DNA from: an uncultured Eubacteriales bacterium
GTDB lineage: Bacteria > Bacillota > Clostridia > Oscillospirales > Acutalibacteraceae
DNA: 49,981 nucleotides
Direction of reading: 5' to 3'
Assembly (NCBI GenBank): GCA_964500795.1
Contig: CAZCQI010000001.1
Span: 1 to 49,981 of the forward strand
Made by a program: the position numbers and the translations under genes. Below, piece after piece: positions 8,905 through 18,495 of this stretch. Position 1 is the stretch's first letter. Each line of letters opens with the position of its first letter. The notes under the pieces are model-generated. The model saw only the letters and a list, made by a program, of their open reading frames with translations. It did not search any database and was not told the origin of the DNA.

Positions 8905-10289
8905 AAACTACTGCAAGACGCGGCTTCGTAGTGTTGCTCCTTGTTGCTGCAGTTATAGGAGGACTTGCTTTTTTAGGTGTGAAGCTTGCGGTTAACGGAG
9001 AAAAATGGGCAACTATGCGCGCCAATGAGCACCTTACCGAAAACGGAAGTTTTATCGCCGCAGGCAATATTGTTGACCGAAACGGTGAGATTCTTGCCAA
9101 AACGGTTGATGATGAAAGGGTGTATAACGATTCCGAAAGAATACGCCGTGCCACTCTTCATATAGTAGGTGATACCGAAGGCTACATTTCCTCGGGAGTA
9201 CAGACAGCCTACAAAACTCAGCTTACAGGCTATAACCCCGTAACGGGTATATACTCTCTTGAAAAATACGGCAGGGGTAATGACATAACACTCACTCTCG
9301 ACAGCAGTGTATGTGCTGTGGCGTATGATAAGCTGAAAGGCAAAAAAGGTGTTGTTGCGGCATATAACTACAAAACGGGAGAACTGCTTTGTGCGGTTTC
9401 AAGTCCGAATTACGACATAAGAAATAAACCATCTTCCGAGGAAATAGAAGAGGGCGCAGAGGATGAATACGAGGGCTTATATATGAACCGCCTTATTGAC
9501 GGACTTTATACCCCCGGTTCTACTTTTAAAATAATTTCTACGGTAAGTGCATTGGAAAATAAATCGGACATTGACACTTGGGAATATACCTGTAAGGGTG
9601 AGACGGTGGTAGGCGGTGTTAAGGTTACCTGCCCTAAAAAACACGGCAAACAGAATTTTACAAAAGCTTTTGCAAATTCCTGCAACTGCGGTTATGCAGA
9701 GCTTTCCGAAGAATTGGGCGGCGAGGCAATAACGGCAACGGCTACGGAGTTCGGCTTCGGTCAGACCTTTACCTTCGGCAATACCCAAACAAAGGCAAGC
9801 CGATTGGATTTATCATCAGCCGAAGTCGGTGATGTTGCCTGGGCAAGCGTGGGGCAGTATACAACACTTGTTAACCCATATCATATGCTTACCGTTGTGG
9901 GTTCAATAGCAAATGACGGCACTGCGGTGCTTCCTTATGTGGTGGAGTCCGTTACAACTCCTGCGGGTAAGGTGGTTGAAGAAGCAACTGCTGAAACTGT
10001 CGAATATATTTCCGCCGAAACAGCCGATGAAATCAAGGATATGATGCGTAATAACGTTGAAACAAATTACGGCGATTGGAATTTTAAAGGACTTTCAATG
10101 TGCGGTAAAACAGGCACGGCAGAGGTTTCCGACGATGATAAGCCACATGCCTGGTTTGTGGGCTTTTCCTCGAACGAGGAGTGTCCCGTTGCTATAGTGG
10201 TTATTGTTGAAAACGGCGGCTGGGGCTCGTCAACTGCCGTTCCTGTTGCATCTGCGGTTATGGAAAGCATATATAAATCCCTGGTATAA
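8901..10289 (+). CDS. Class B penicillin-binding protein (short PbpA/PBP2-type transpeptidase)
   Basis: SxxK = STFK (GSTFKIIS), SxN = SCN (FANSCN) and KTG = KTGT (CGKTGTAE). N-terminal TM anchor. ATGA start/stop overlap with the SEDS gene. Confidence 0.9.
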   Translation: MKTTARRGFVVLLLVAAVIGGLAFLGVKLAVNGEKWATMRANEHLTENGSFIAAGNIVDRNGEILAKTVDDERVYNDSERIRRATLHIVGDTEGYISSGVQTAYKTQLTGYNPVTGIYSLEKYGRGNDITLTLDSSVCAVAYDKLKGKKGVVAAYNYKTGELLCAVSSPNYDIRNKPSSEEIEEGAEDEYEGLYMNRLIDGLYTPGSTFKIISTVSALENKSDIDTWEYTCKGETVVGGVKVTCPKKHGKQNFTKAFANSCNCGYAELSEELGGEAITATATEFGFGQTFTFGNTQTKASRLDLSSAEVGDVAWASVGQYTTLVNPYHMLTVVGSIANDGTAVLPYVVESVTTPAGKVVEEATAETVEYISAETADEIKDMMRNNVETNYGDWNFKGLSMCGKTGTAEVSDDDKPHAWFVGFSSNEECPVAIVVIVENGGWGSSTAVPVASAVMESIYKSLV

Positions 10290-10386
10290 CTTGGTATAAT
10301 TTTTAAAATTTTCTATGGTTGACTTAACGCGATATATGTTGTAAAATATATATTTGAGTTTTAATATAAACGAAAGGCTGAAGCAA

Positions 10387-11088
10387 ATGAGTTTTATAGA
10401 ATTTGATTCCGTTTACAAAAGATATAAGATGGGTGAAATCGTGATTAACGCCGCTGACGGTGTTACCTTTAATGTTGAGCAGGGCGAGTTTTGTGTTATC
10501 GTCGGTGCCAGCGGTGCAGGTAAAACTACCGTTCTTAATATTCTCGGCGGTATGGATGATTGCGACGACGGCAAGGTGCGTGTAGCAGGTGACCTTATAA
10601 ATGAATACGACAGCAAGCGTCTTATTGAATACAGAAGATATGATGTAGGCTTCGTTTTTCAGTTTTACAACCTTGTTCCGAACCTTACCGCACTTGAAAA
10701 TGTTGAGCTTGCAACCCAGATAGGCTCCAAGGCTCTAAGTCCCGCAAAGGTGCTTGAAAGAGTTGGTTTGGGAGAGCGACTTAATAACTTCCCCGCTCAG
10801 CTTTCGGGCGGTGAACAGCAGCGTGTTTCCATAGCGCGTGCCCTTGCAAAGAACCCTAAGCTTCTTCTTTGCGATGAACCTACCGGTGCTCTTGACTATA
10901 ATACAGGTAAGCAGATTCTCAAGCTTCTTCAGGATACAAGCCGTGAAACGGGTATGACGGTTATCGTTATTACACATAACTCTGCTGTTACCCCTATGGC
11001 GGACAGAGTTATTTCTATGAAGAGCGGCAGAGTCGTGAAAATGGAAGTTAACGAAAATCCCGTATCCGTTGCCGATATTGAATGGTAA
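10387..11088 (+). CDS. ABC transporter ATP-binding protein (MacB/LolD/FtsE-like)
   Basis: Walker [10 protein letters not shown], signature LSGGEQQR, Walker B LLLCDEPT and H-loop ITHN. Start set at the ATG at 10387 (GAAAGG RBS upstream) rather than the TTG at 10354. Confidence 0.9.
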   Translation: MSFIEFDSVYKRYKMGEIVINAADGVTFNVEQGEFCVIVGASGAGKTTVLNILGGMDDCDDGKVRVAGDLINEYDSKRLIEYRRYDVGFVFQFYNLVPNLTALENVELATQIGSKALSPAKVLERVGLGERLNNFPAQLSGGEQQRVSIARALAKNPKLLLCDEPTGALDYNTGKQILKLLQDTSRETGMTVIVITHNSAVTPMADRVISMKSGRVVKMEVNENPVSVADIEW

Positions 11089-11116
11089 ATCGACGGAAGC
11101 TGAAAGGATAAACAGA

Positions 11117-14100
11117 ATGAGTAAAGCGTATATTACAGACAGTTTGCGCTCAATTAAACGCACCTTCAGCAGGTTCGTTTCAATAATCGCAATAGTCGCT
11201 TTGGGCAGTGGACTGTTTTGCGGTTTTAATGCCGTGGGTCCCGATATGCTGAATACCGCGGATGAATACTACGATACATATAACCTTATGGATCTCAGGC
11301 TTCAATCCTATATAGGTCTTTATGAGGAGGATCTGGAGCAGATACGTGCCATTGAGGGCGTTGAATCCGTTCAGGGTGCAAAATTTGTTGACGGTTATGT
11401 TCAAACCCCGAAAGAGGACGGCTCGGGATACGAGGGCATTGTTGATATTGACGGCTCCGAGCTTACAATAAAGGTTATGAGCGTTGACCTTTATAAGGCT
11501 GTTGACTTTGAAAACGGTGTTGATGATCCCAACTATATCAACAGGCTTGACCTTATTGAGGGGCGATATCCCGAAGCCCAAAACGAATGTGTTGTTACCT
11601 GCAGTGACCTTACAACTCCCGAGCAGTTTACAATAGGTAACACCATTAAAGTTGTAGGCGACGGTGAGGATATTTCATATTATCTTAAAAATACCGAATT
11701 CACCATAGTAGGTATCATTAAAACTCCTTATTGGATATCCTATGAGCGCGGTGTTACTACTGCTGGAAGCGGTAAGCTCGGTGATTTCGTTTATGTTAAT
11801 AACGATGCCTTCACGGATAAAATAACCTATTACAGCGAAGCTTATGTCACACTTGAAGGTGCCGATGAATTTCAGGCGTATTCCGATGAATATGATGAAT
11901 TTGTTGAAGGCTACCGTCAGACTATTCTCGCGGCATCAGAGTCCGTTGCGGCTTCAAGGCGTGCTCAGTTAAGCGTGGGTCTTGCAGAGAAGCTTGCAAA
12001 TGCCAAGGTTGAGCTTGATGATGCAGAGGCAACAATAAACGCAAAGATAGCGGATGCACAGGCTCAGCTTGATGAGCTTTACGAGAATGAGAAAAACGGT
12101 GCAGAGCGACTTGCAGAGGCGCAGGCTTTGCTTGATGAAGAATATGCTAAAGCTCAGTCACAGCTTCAAAGCGGCAGTGATGAATACCTCGCCGCCGTTA
12201 ATGAGTATAATGCCAAGATAACATTGGTTTCCCAAAAATCCGTTGAGCTTGCCAACAGTAAGTCGGAATACGAATCAAAAAAGCTTCAGTTGGATTCGTC
12301 TAAAGAACAGCTTGACTCGGCGAAAAATGAGCTCCGAAGTGCCGAATCTCAGATAAATATCACCGAGGGGCTTATAACAAGCACGGAAACGACCCTTGAA
12401 ACATTGCGTGCCAGCCAAAATGTGGCTCAGGAGGATCTTCATCTTGACCAAATGGCAAATCGTCTTGAAGAAACTAACCCGGAGCTTGCCAAGATACTTC
12501 TTTCGGCCTCAAACCTTACTGCTCAGGGTATGGCGGCTGATGCCATAGTTGAGGTTGATGCACTTCTCGAACAGTACAAATCAGAGCTTGCCGTAGCAAA
12601 ACAGCAGAAAGCAGAAGGGCAGGCGGAATATGATTCAAAATATGCAGAATGGGAAAGTGCTTCTGCTCAGCTTTCTGCGGCAAAGGTTCGGCTGGATGAG
12701 GCTGAAGTAGAGTTGGATGCTGCCGAAAAGCAGTTGGCTGATTATAAAGAACAGATAGAAGCCAGCGGCGATCAGCTTCAATACAGTTCAATTGAGGCGC
12801 AAACCTCATATATGACCGCTCAGGCTGAGCTTGCTCTTCGTAATACACAGTATCAGAATATTAAATCGATTATTGCTCAGGCAGAGGCTACATATAATGA
12901 AAGTGTTGAGTCTGCCAACAGGGAGCTGGGAATCTACAAGACTGAGTATAACAAAGGTATGTCTTTGATGGAAAACATTGCGGATGGTGCAGGTTGGTTC
13001 GTTTACACCCGCGATGACTCTCCGGGATATACGGGATACGGTCAGGCGGCTGAAAATATGAAGCGTCTTGCCTATATTTTCCCCACCTTCTTCTTTATTG
13101 TTTCCACCCTTGTTTGCCTTACTACAATGACCCGAATGGTTGAAGAGGAGAGAACTCAGCTCGGTACGCTCAAAGCTTTGGGTTATTCAAACAAAACTAT
13201 TTCGGGAAAATACCTTATATATGCTGCAATAGCAAGTTTTATCGGTATAATCATCGGTGTGGCGGTAGGCTTTACGGGAATACCTCTTGCAATTTGCGGA
13301 GCGTGGGGCATTATGTACGAAATGCCCGCTGTTATTCTTCAGTTTATGCCCGTTTACATTATTCTCGGTGCAGTTATATCTTTGGGTTCAACCGTTCTTG
13401 CGGCTTACCTTGCTTGCCGCAGTGAGCTTGTGACAGTTCCCGCAGTACTGATGAGACCCAAACCGCCTAAAGCAGGTAAACGCGTGTTCCTTGAAAGAAT
13501 CACTTTCATTTGGAAAAGGCTTAACTTTACCTCAAAGGTTACCGTCAGAAATCTTTTCAGGAACGGCAAGCGCTTTGCCGTAACGGTAATCGGTATAGCA
13601 GGCTGTACGGCTCTGATACTTGCTTCATTCGGTCTTAAGGATTCTATCGGCGGTGTAGTTGACAATCAGTACGGAGACGAAAACGGTATTGCAAAATATG
13701 ATTTGCAGGTCGTTCTTGAGGACGGTCAAATGAATTACGAAAACAGTGCTCTTGTTATGAATGTTAATGCTGTTGAGGGAATTCAGGATTCTATGCTCGG
13801 CTACCTTAAGGTTTGCGAAGGCTTCTCAGACAGGTCTGATTCCTCGCTTGAAGTGGATATTCTCGTTCCCGAAGACCCTGCAGGCTTCAATGAATTTGTT
13901 GATTTGCAGTATAAGGGTAAGTCAGTTCCGCTTACGGATAACGGTGCCGTTATAACGAAGAAATTTGCCGATAAAACGGATACCGAAATCGGCGATACGG
14001 TTAAGGTTTCGTGGACGGAAGGCTCAAAGACGGTTGAGTATGAGGTTTTGGTAACCGGTATCGTTGATAACTACGCCTTCCACTATGTATATATGACCCC

Positions 14101-14686
14101 GTATTATTACTCCTCGGTAACAAGCACAGTTTTGTCGTATAACTATTTGTTCTGTAAAATTACCGACGGTATGACTACAGAGTCAAAAGCGGCTCTTGAA
14201 AAGTCTGTAAATGCCATAGACGGTGTCAACGGCTCGGTGTTCACAACGGTAGTTATTGATAACTTCAACAATATAATAAATACCCTCAACCTCGTTATTT
14301 TGGTACTTATCTTTGCGGCTATGGCTCTTGCAATAGTTGTTCTTTACAATCTTAATAACATAAATGTTAACGAGCGAATAAGAGAGCTTGCTACACTTAA
14401 GGTTCTGGGCTTCTATGACGGTGAGGTTTCGGCGTATATTTACCGTGAAAACATTTTCCTTACAATTATAGGTGTTGTCCTGGGTCTGATTTTGGGTATT
14501 CCGCTTAATGTGGCTGTTGTTGGTGTTGTTGATATTGATACTCTCACATTTAAGACAGACCTTGAACCGCTCAGCTTCCTTCTTGCAGCTGCGCTGACGA
14601 TTCTCTTCGCAGTAATCGTTAACCTTGTAATGCATTTTAAGCTGAAAAAGATCAGTATGGTTGAGTCACTCAAATCTGTTGAATAA
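11117..14686 (+). CDS. Large duplicated FtsX-family ABC permease with a ~350-aa extracytoplasmic coiled-coil insert
   Basis: N-terminal TM (FVSIIAIVALGSGLFCG), a MacB-like extracytoplasmic domain, then an A/E/Q/L-rich heptad-like stretch from about aa 290 to 640. First FtsX TM bundle (LKALGYS motif), second extracytoplasmic domain, second FtsX bundle (LKVLGFY motif). Start chosen at ATG 11117 with a GAAAGGA RBS. Confidence 0.85.
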   Translation: MSKAYITDSLRSIKRTFSRFVSIIAIVALGSGLFCGFNAVGPDMLNTADEYYDTYNLMDLRLQSYIGLYEEDLEQIRAIEGVESVQGAKFVDGYVQTPKEDGSGYEGIVDIDGSELTIKVMSVDLYKAVDFENGVDDPNYINRLDLIEGRYPEAQNECVVTCSDLTTPEQFTIGNTIKVVGDGEDISYYLKNTEFTIVGIIKTPYWISYERGVTTAGSGKLGDFVYVNNDAFTDKITYYSEAYVTLEGADEFQAYSDEYDEFVEGYRQTILAASESVAASRRAQLSVGLAEKLANAKVELDDAEATINAKIADAQAQLDELYENEKNGAERLAEAQALLDEEYAKAQSQLQSGSDEYLAAVNEYNAKITLVSQKSVELANSKSEYESKKLQLDSSKEQLDSAKNELRSAESQINITEGLITSTETTLETLRASQNVAQEDLHLDQMANRLEETNPELAKILLSASNLTAQGMAADAIVEVDALLEQYKSELAVAKQQKAEGQAEYDSKYAEWESASAQLSAAKVRLDEAEVELDAAEKQLADYKEQIEASGDQLQYSSIEAQTSYMTAQAELALRNTQYQNIKSIIAQAEATYNESVESANRELGIYKTEYNKGMSLMENIADGAGWFVYTRDDSPGYTGYGQAAENMKRLAYIFPTFFFIVSTLVCLTTMTRMVEEERTQLGTLKALGYSNKTISGKYLIYAAIASFIGIIIGVAVGFTGIPLAICGAWGIMYEMPAVILQFMPVYIILGAVISLGSTVLAAYLACRSELVTVPAVLMRPKPPKAGKRVFLERITFIWKRLNFTSKVTVRNLFRNGKRFAVTVIGIAGCTALILASFGLKDSIGGVVDNQYGDENGIAKYDLQVVLEDGQMNYENSALVMNVNAVEGIQDSMLGYLKVCEGFSDRSDSSLEVDILVPEDPAGFNEFVDLQYKGKSVPLTDNGAVITKKFADKTDTEIGDTVKVSWTEGSKTVEYEVLVTGIVDNYAFHYVYMTPYYYSSVTSTVLSYNYLFCKITDGMTTESKAALEKSVNAIDGVNGSVFTTVVIDNFNNIINTLNLVILVLIFAAMALAIVVLYNLNNINVNERIRELATLKVLGFYDGEVSAYIYRENIFLTIIGVVLGLILGIPLNVAVVGVVDIDTLTFKTDLEPLSFLLAAALTILFAVIVNLVMHFKLKKISMVESLKSVE

Positions 14687-14693
14687 ACATTAA

Positions 14694-14730
14694 TAAAAAA
14701 GTTGTCGGTTGAAAAATCGGCAACTTTTTT
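14694..14730 (+). terminator. Intrinsic terminator after the ABC permease
   Basis: Stem gttgtcg / cggcaac (one G-U) extended by A-run/T-run pairing and followed by tttttt. Confidence 0.65.
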
Positions 14731-14799
14731 GTCGAAAAAACTTGAAAATACGACAGATGTATGATATCTTATTATTGTCATTTAAAGGTGGGTGATCAG

Positions 14800-15417
14800 A
14801 TGCCGGCACAGAAAAGACGGGTAAATAATACGGACAGGCGAGTTAAAAGAACTAAAAAAGCTCTTCACGATGCTCTTTTGAAGCTGCTTGAAACTAAAAC
14901 CATTAACGAAATTTCAGTAACAGAGCTCACGTCTCTTGCGGATGTTAACAGGGCAACCTTTTATTTTTATTATACTGATTTAATAGATATGCTCAGGCAA
15001 GTTCAGAATGAAGCATACGAAACCGTTAAAAAGGTGGTTAATAAATCGTCTAATTCCCTGAACACCGCCGAGGGCTTTGCGGAATATGCAGAAAGGCTTT
15101 TGACATTTTGCAAAGAAAATGAGAGCCTATGCAGATTTATTATCAATAACGATGTAAATAACCAGCTTTATACATATATAAGAAATCTTATTCTTGCGAA
15201 TGTTCCGAACAGTAAAGAAACCTTTGATGAAAAAAATCCTGCAAGATATCTTTCAAACTATGTGCTCACTGCTATGATAGGTGTTATGGTAGATTGGATG
15301 GATGAAGGGATGATCGTTTCTCCCGGGGAGCTGGCAGAATTTTTTGCCGGTTGCTATCTTAACGGCTCTTACAAAACAAAGCAGTTATACGCTGCTTTCA
15401 GTTCTAACGAAGAATAA
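14800..15417 (+). CDS. TetR/AcrR-family transcriptional regulator
   Basis: N-terminal HTH region (RTKKALHDALLKLLETKTINEISVTELTSLADVNRATFYFYY) and an all-helical C-terminal domain. Start at ATG 14800 with an AAAGGTGGGTG RBS. Confidence 0.8.
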   Translation: MPAQKRRVNNTDRRVKRTKKALHDALLKLLETKTINEISVTELTSLADVNRATFYFYYTDLIDMLRQVQNEAYETVKKVVNKSSNSLNTAEGFAEYAERLLTFCKENESLCRFIINNDVNNQLYTYIRNLILANVPNSKETFDEKNPARYLSNYVLTAMIGVMVDWMDEGMIVSPGELAEFFAGCYLNGSYKTKQLYAAFSSNEE

Positions 15418-15460
15418 AAAAACAGTCTTTTGCAAAAGAAAAATGCAAAAGACTGTTTTT
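15416..15460. terminator. Bidirectional terminator between the TetR gene (+) and nfo (-)
   Basis: 18-bp arms aaaaaacagtcttttgca / tgcaaaagactgtttttt between convergent stops. Confidence 0.75.
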
Positions 15461-16294
15461 TCAATTCTTATATAGTTTTTTCAGCAGTTCAATTTCTCTT
15501 GCGTAGCCTTCAATATCGTTGGGCGTTTCAAGGAAGAAGGGGAGCTTGCAAAGAGCGGGATGGTTGATAATTCTCTCAATAGCCTCGAGACCTATGCCGC
15601 CTTCGCCGATTTTTGAGTGGCGATCCTTGTGACAGCCAAGGTAATTCATACTGTCATTGAGGTGCACTGCCTTGAGCCTTTGAAGACCTATGATTTTATC
15701 AAATTCCCGAAGTACGCCGTCAAGGTCGTTTACGATATCATAGCCACCGTCAAAAATGTGGCAGGTGTCAAGGCAAACGCCGAGTTTTTCTTTTAAATCT
15801 ACTTTATCAATGATTGATTTTAATTCTTCAAAGCTTCTGCCTATTTCACTGCCTTTTCCTGCCATTGTTTCAAGGAGAACGGTAGTTTTTTGTTCGGGGA
15901 ACAGAACTGCGTTGAGCATATCGGCAATATACTGAATACCAACATCCTCACCTTGCCCTACGTGGCTTCCGGGATGAAAGTTATATAAAGCACCTTCGAT
16001 GTTATCAAGCCTCATAATATCATCTGCCATTGTGTTTTTGGCAAATTCGCGCAGACCTGCATCCTTAGAGCAGGCGTTCATTGTGTAGGGGGCGTGGGCG
16101 AGGACACTTACTATACCGTTTTCCTTGCGATATTTTTCAAAAGCCTTTATATCTTCTAAATCCAATGGCTTTGCCGCACCGCCTCTGGGGTTACGCGTAA
16201 AAAACTGAAAGTCGTTGGCACCGATTCTTACAGCCTCTTTACCCATAGCAAGGTAACCGCCTGAGCTTGATAAATGACAACCTATAATAAACAT
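15461..16294 (-). CDS. nfo: Deoxyribonuclease IV (endonuclease IV, AP endonuclease family 2)
   Basis: N-terminus [11 protein letters not shown] ... [11 protein letters not shown], metal-ligand motifs HAPY, HPGS, LETMAG, CLDTCH and HLND. About 277 aa. Confidence 0.88.
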   Translation of the reverse strand: MFIIGCHLSSSGGYLAMGKEAVRIGANDFQFFTRNPRGGAAKPLDLEDIKAFEKYRKENGIVSVLAHAPYTMNACSKDAGLREFAKNTMADDIMRLDNIEGALYNFHPGSHVGQGEDVGIQYIADMLNAVLFPEQKTTVLLETMAGKGSEIGRSFEELKSIIDKVDLKEKLGVCLDTCHIFDGGYDIVNDLDGVLREFDKIIGLQRLKAVHLNDSMNYLGCHKDRHSKIGEGGIGLEAIERIINHPALCKLPFFLETPNDIEGYAREIELLKKLYKN

Positions 16295-16309
16295 AAAATC
16301 ACCAAAAAA

Positions 16310-17560
16310 TTATTTTGTTTCGAGCTTGTGAATGAAAAGTCCGCTTAAGAGCTTGGGTTCAAACCAAGTGGATTTCGGGGGCATAATCATATCAGCATCC
16401 GCAATTGACATAAGGTCATCAAGGGTTGTGGGATACATTGAGAATGCAACCTCCATACCGCCGTCAACAAGTCTTTGGAGCTCGCCGAGGCCGCGGATAC
16501 CGCCGATAAAGTCAATTCTTTTATCGGTTCTCGGGTCTCCGATGCCGAGAACAGGGGTAAGCAGGTTTTTCTGGAGAATGGAAACATCAAGTCTGTCAAC
16601 GGGGTTGCTACCGTCAAAAGTACCGTCCTTTGCGGTAAGCTTATACCACTTTTTATTGAGATACATTCCGAAATTATGTTTGTTTTCGGGATGGTATGCG
16701 CCCTCTGAGGGGGCATCCTCAACGATAAAGGCTTTACTGATTTTTTCAATAAATTCACTATCTGAATTGCCGTTAAGGTCTTTAACGACCCTGTTATAAT
16801 CCATAATGCGAAGAGTGTGAGAGGGGAAGAGTACCGCAAGGAAGAAGTTGAATTCCTCCGTGCCGTTGTAATCGGGGTTCTGCTCACGGCGCATTTTAGC
16901 AACATTTACGGCAGAAGCGCAACGGTGGTGACCGTCTGCAATATAAAAATCACCTGACTCTGCGAGAAGTGCTGAAAGCTCCGAACAGATATCTTCATCA
17001 TCAATTACCCAAACGGTGTTTGAAATGCCGTCGTCAGTAACAAAATCGTAAACAGGCTCACTTTTTTTCTTCTTCTCGATTATTGCGGTAACCCTTTCGT
17101 TATCGCGGTAGCAAAGGAAGATGGGACCGGTATTCGCGTCGCAGGTGTCAACATGGCGGATTCTGTCGGCTTCTTTATCTGCTCTTGTTAATTCGTGTTT
17201 TTTAATATGGTTATTGATGTAATCGTCAACTGAGGCACAGCCCACAAGACCTGTCTGCTCTTTACCGTCCATTATCTGGCGGTAAACGTAGAAGCAAGGC
17301 GATTTATCCATAGAGCAAATACCGTTTTCCTCACTCTTTTTAAGGTTTTCGGCGGCTTTTGCATAAACCTCGGGGCTGTAAAGGTCAGTGCCCTCGGGAA
17401 GGTCAATTTCTGCTTTATCTACGTGAAGGAAGGAGTAGGGGTTGCCCTTAACCATTTCCTTTGCTTCCTCACTGTTCATAACATCGTAAGGGAGCGCTGC
17501 CACCTTTTCGGCGTATTCGGGGAGAGGTCTCAAAGCCTTAAAGGGTTTAAAAATTGCCAT
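16310..17560 (-). CDS. DUF1015-family protein
   Basis: Characteristic N-terminus MAIFKPFKALRP...ALPYDVM and an internal ADGHHR motif. About 416 aa. Confidence 0.75.
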   Translation of the reverse strand: MAIFKPFKALRPLPEYAEKVAALPYDVMNSEEAKEMVKGNPYSFLHVDKAEIDLPEGTDLYSPEVYAKAAENLKKSEENGICSMDKSPCFYVYRQIMDGKEQTGLVGCASVDDYINNHIKKHELTRADKEADRIRHVDTCDANTGPIFLCYRDNERVTAIIEKKKKSEPVYDFVTDDGISNTVWVIDDEDICSELSALLAESGDFYIADGHHRCASAVNVAKMRREQNPDYNGTEEFNFFLAVLFPSHTLRIMDYNRVVKDLNGNSDSEFIEKISKAFIVEDAPSEGAYHPENKHNFGMYLNKKWYKLTAKDGTFDGSNPVDRLDVSILQKNLLTPVLGIGDPRTDKRIDFIGGIRGLGELQRLVDGGMEVAFSMYPTTLDDLMSIADADMIMPPKSTWFEPKLLSGLFIHKLETK

Positions 17561-17728
17561 ATATATTACCTCCGATTATACTAACATTATTACCCTTCAA
17601 TTTTACTTTTTTGCAAGCATATTGTCAATATTTATATTGCATTTTAAATTGCAATATGGTATCTTTAAATTATTATTTTAAGGATATGATAATCTTAAAG
17701 AATTCGGTTGGGAATATACGGTGAAATA

Positions 17729-18418
17729 ATGACTTTTGACAGAATAATGAACTACTGCGCGGCTTTGCAGCTTAATAATAACCGCACTTGGTTTCACGAG
17801 CATCACGGTGAATATGATGAGGCAAAAAAAGATTTTTTAGGCTTTATTGATATGCTCCGCTTTAAAATAAGCGAAGAAGCTCCCGAGGTGGGCAAATCCA
17901 TAATGTATATGGAGCCGAAAGAATGGATGTACCGCGTTGCCCGTGATATGAGATTTCATAAGAACGGTCCGCCCTATAACCCTGCGTTCAGGGCATATAT
18001 TGCCGCGGACAGAAAATCGTGGATGCCAATAGGGTATTATCTGAGAATATATCCCGGTTCCTCCTGCTTCGGTACAGGTCTTTGGTGCGATACCACTGCT
18101 AAGATGAATGATATAAGAAGATATATTTCGGAAAATTACGGTGAGTTCGAGAAAATTCTTAAAGAAACGAAGCTCACCCTGACGGGAGATAAGCTGAAAA
18201 CTATGCCCCGCGGTTTTTCTTCCGATGACCCTGCCGCCGAATATATTAAAATGAAAAATTGGGAAATGCTTTGTTTCATTCCCGATGAAGATATAACCAA
18301 CTTTGAAGATTTCAGTACCCTTTTGGGTTTGTATGTAAGGCAGATGGAGCCTATGCGCCGTTTTCTTATGTCGGCGGCAAAATACACCGATAATAAAAGA
18401 CCTGAATTTGAATGGTAA
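17729..18418 (+). CDS. DUF2461 (TIGR02453-like) family protein
   Basis: N-terminal LQLNNNRTWFHEHHGEYD and internal RDMRFHKNGPPYNP resemble the conserved core of this family. The start is uncertain (ATG 17729 versus TTG 17708). Confidence 0.65.
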   Translation: MTFDRIMNYCAALQLNNNRTWFHEHHGEYDEAKKDFLGFIDMLRFKISEEAPEVGKSIMYMEPKEWMYRVARDMRFHKNGPPYNPAFRAYIAADRKSWMPIGYYLRIYPGSSCFGTGLWCDTTAKMNDIRRYISENYGEFEKILKETKLTLTGDKLKTMPRGFSSDDPAAEYIKMKNWEMLCFIPDEDITNFEDFSTLLGLYVRQMEPMRRFLMSAAKYTDNKRPEFEW

Positions 18419-18429
18419 AAAACAATCAA

Positions 18430-18475
18430 CCCCTCGCATTGCATCAGAAGTGAGCAATGTGAGGGGCGATTTTTT
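18430..18475. terminator. Intrinsic terminator between convergent genes
   Basis: Stem cccctcgcattgc / gcaatgtgagggg (one G-U), with T-runs on both strands. Confidence 0.65.
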
Positions 18476-18495
18476 AGTATAATTTTTATAAAGGG

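Noticed and set aside
12000-13000. Considered whether the coiled-coil region of the permease was a separate gene (SMC, tape-measure or M-protein-like) fused by a sequencing error
   Set aside because: The reading frame is continuous with clear FtsX modules on both sides, and there is no internal RBS/start context or frame disruption.
17837-18457. 206-aa and 102-aa minus-strand ORFs
   Set aside because: They are antisense to the DUF2461-family gene and run through the terminator. These are shadow ORFs.
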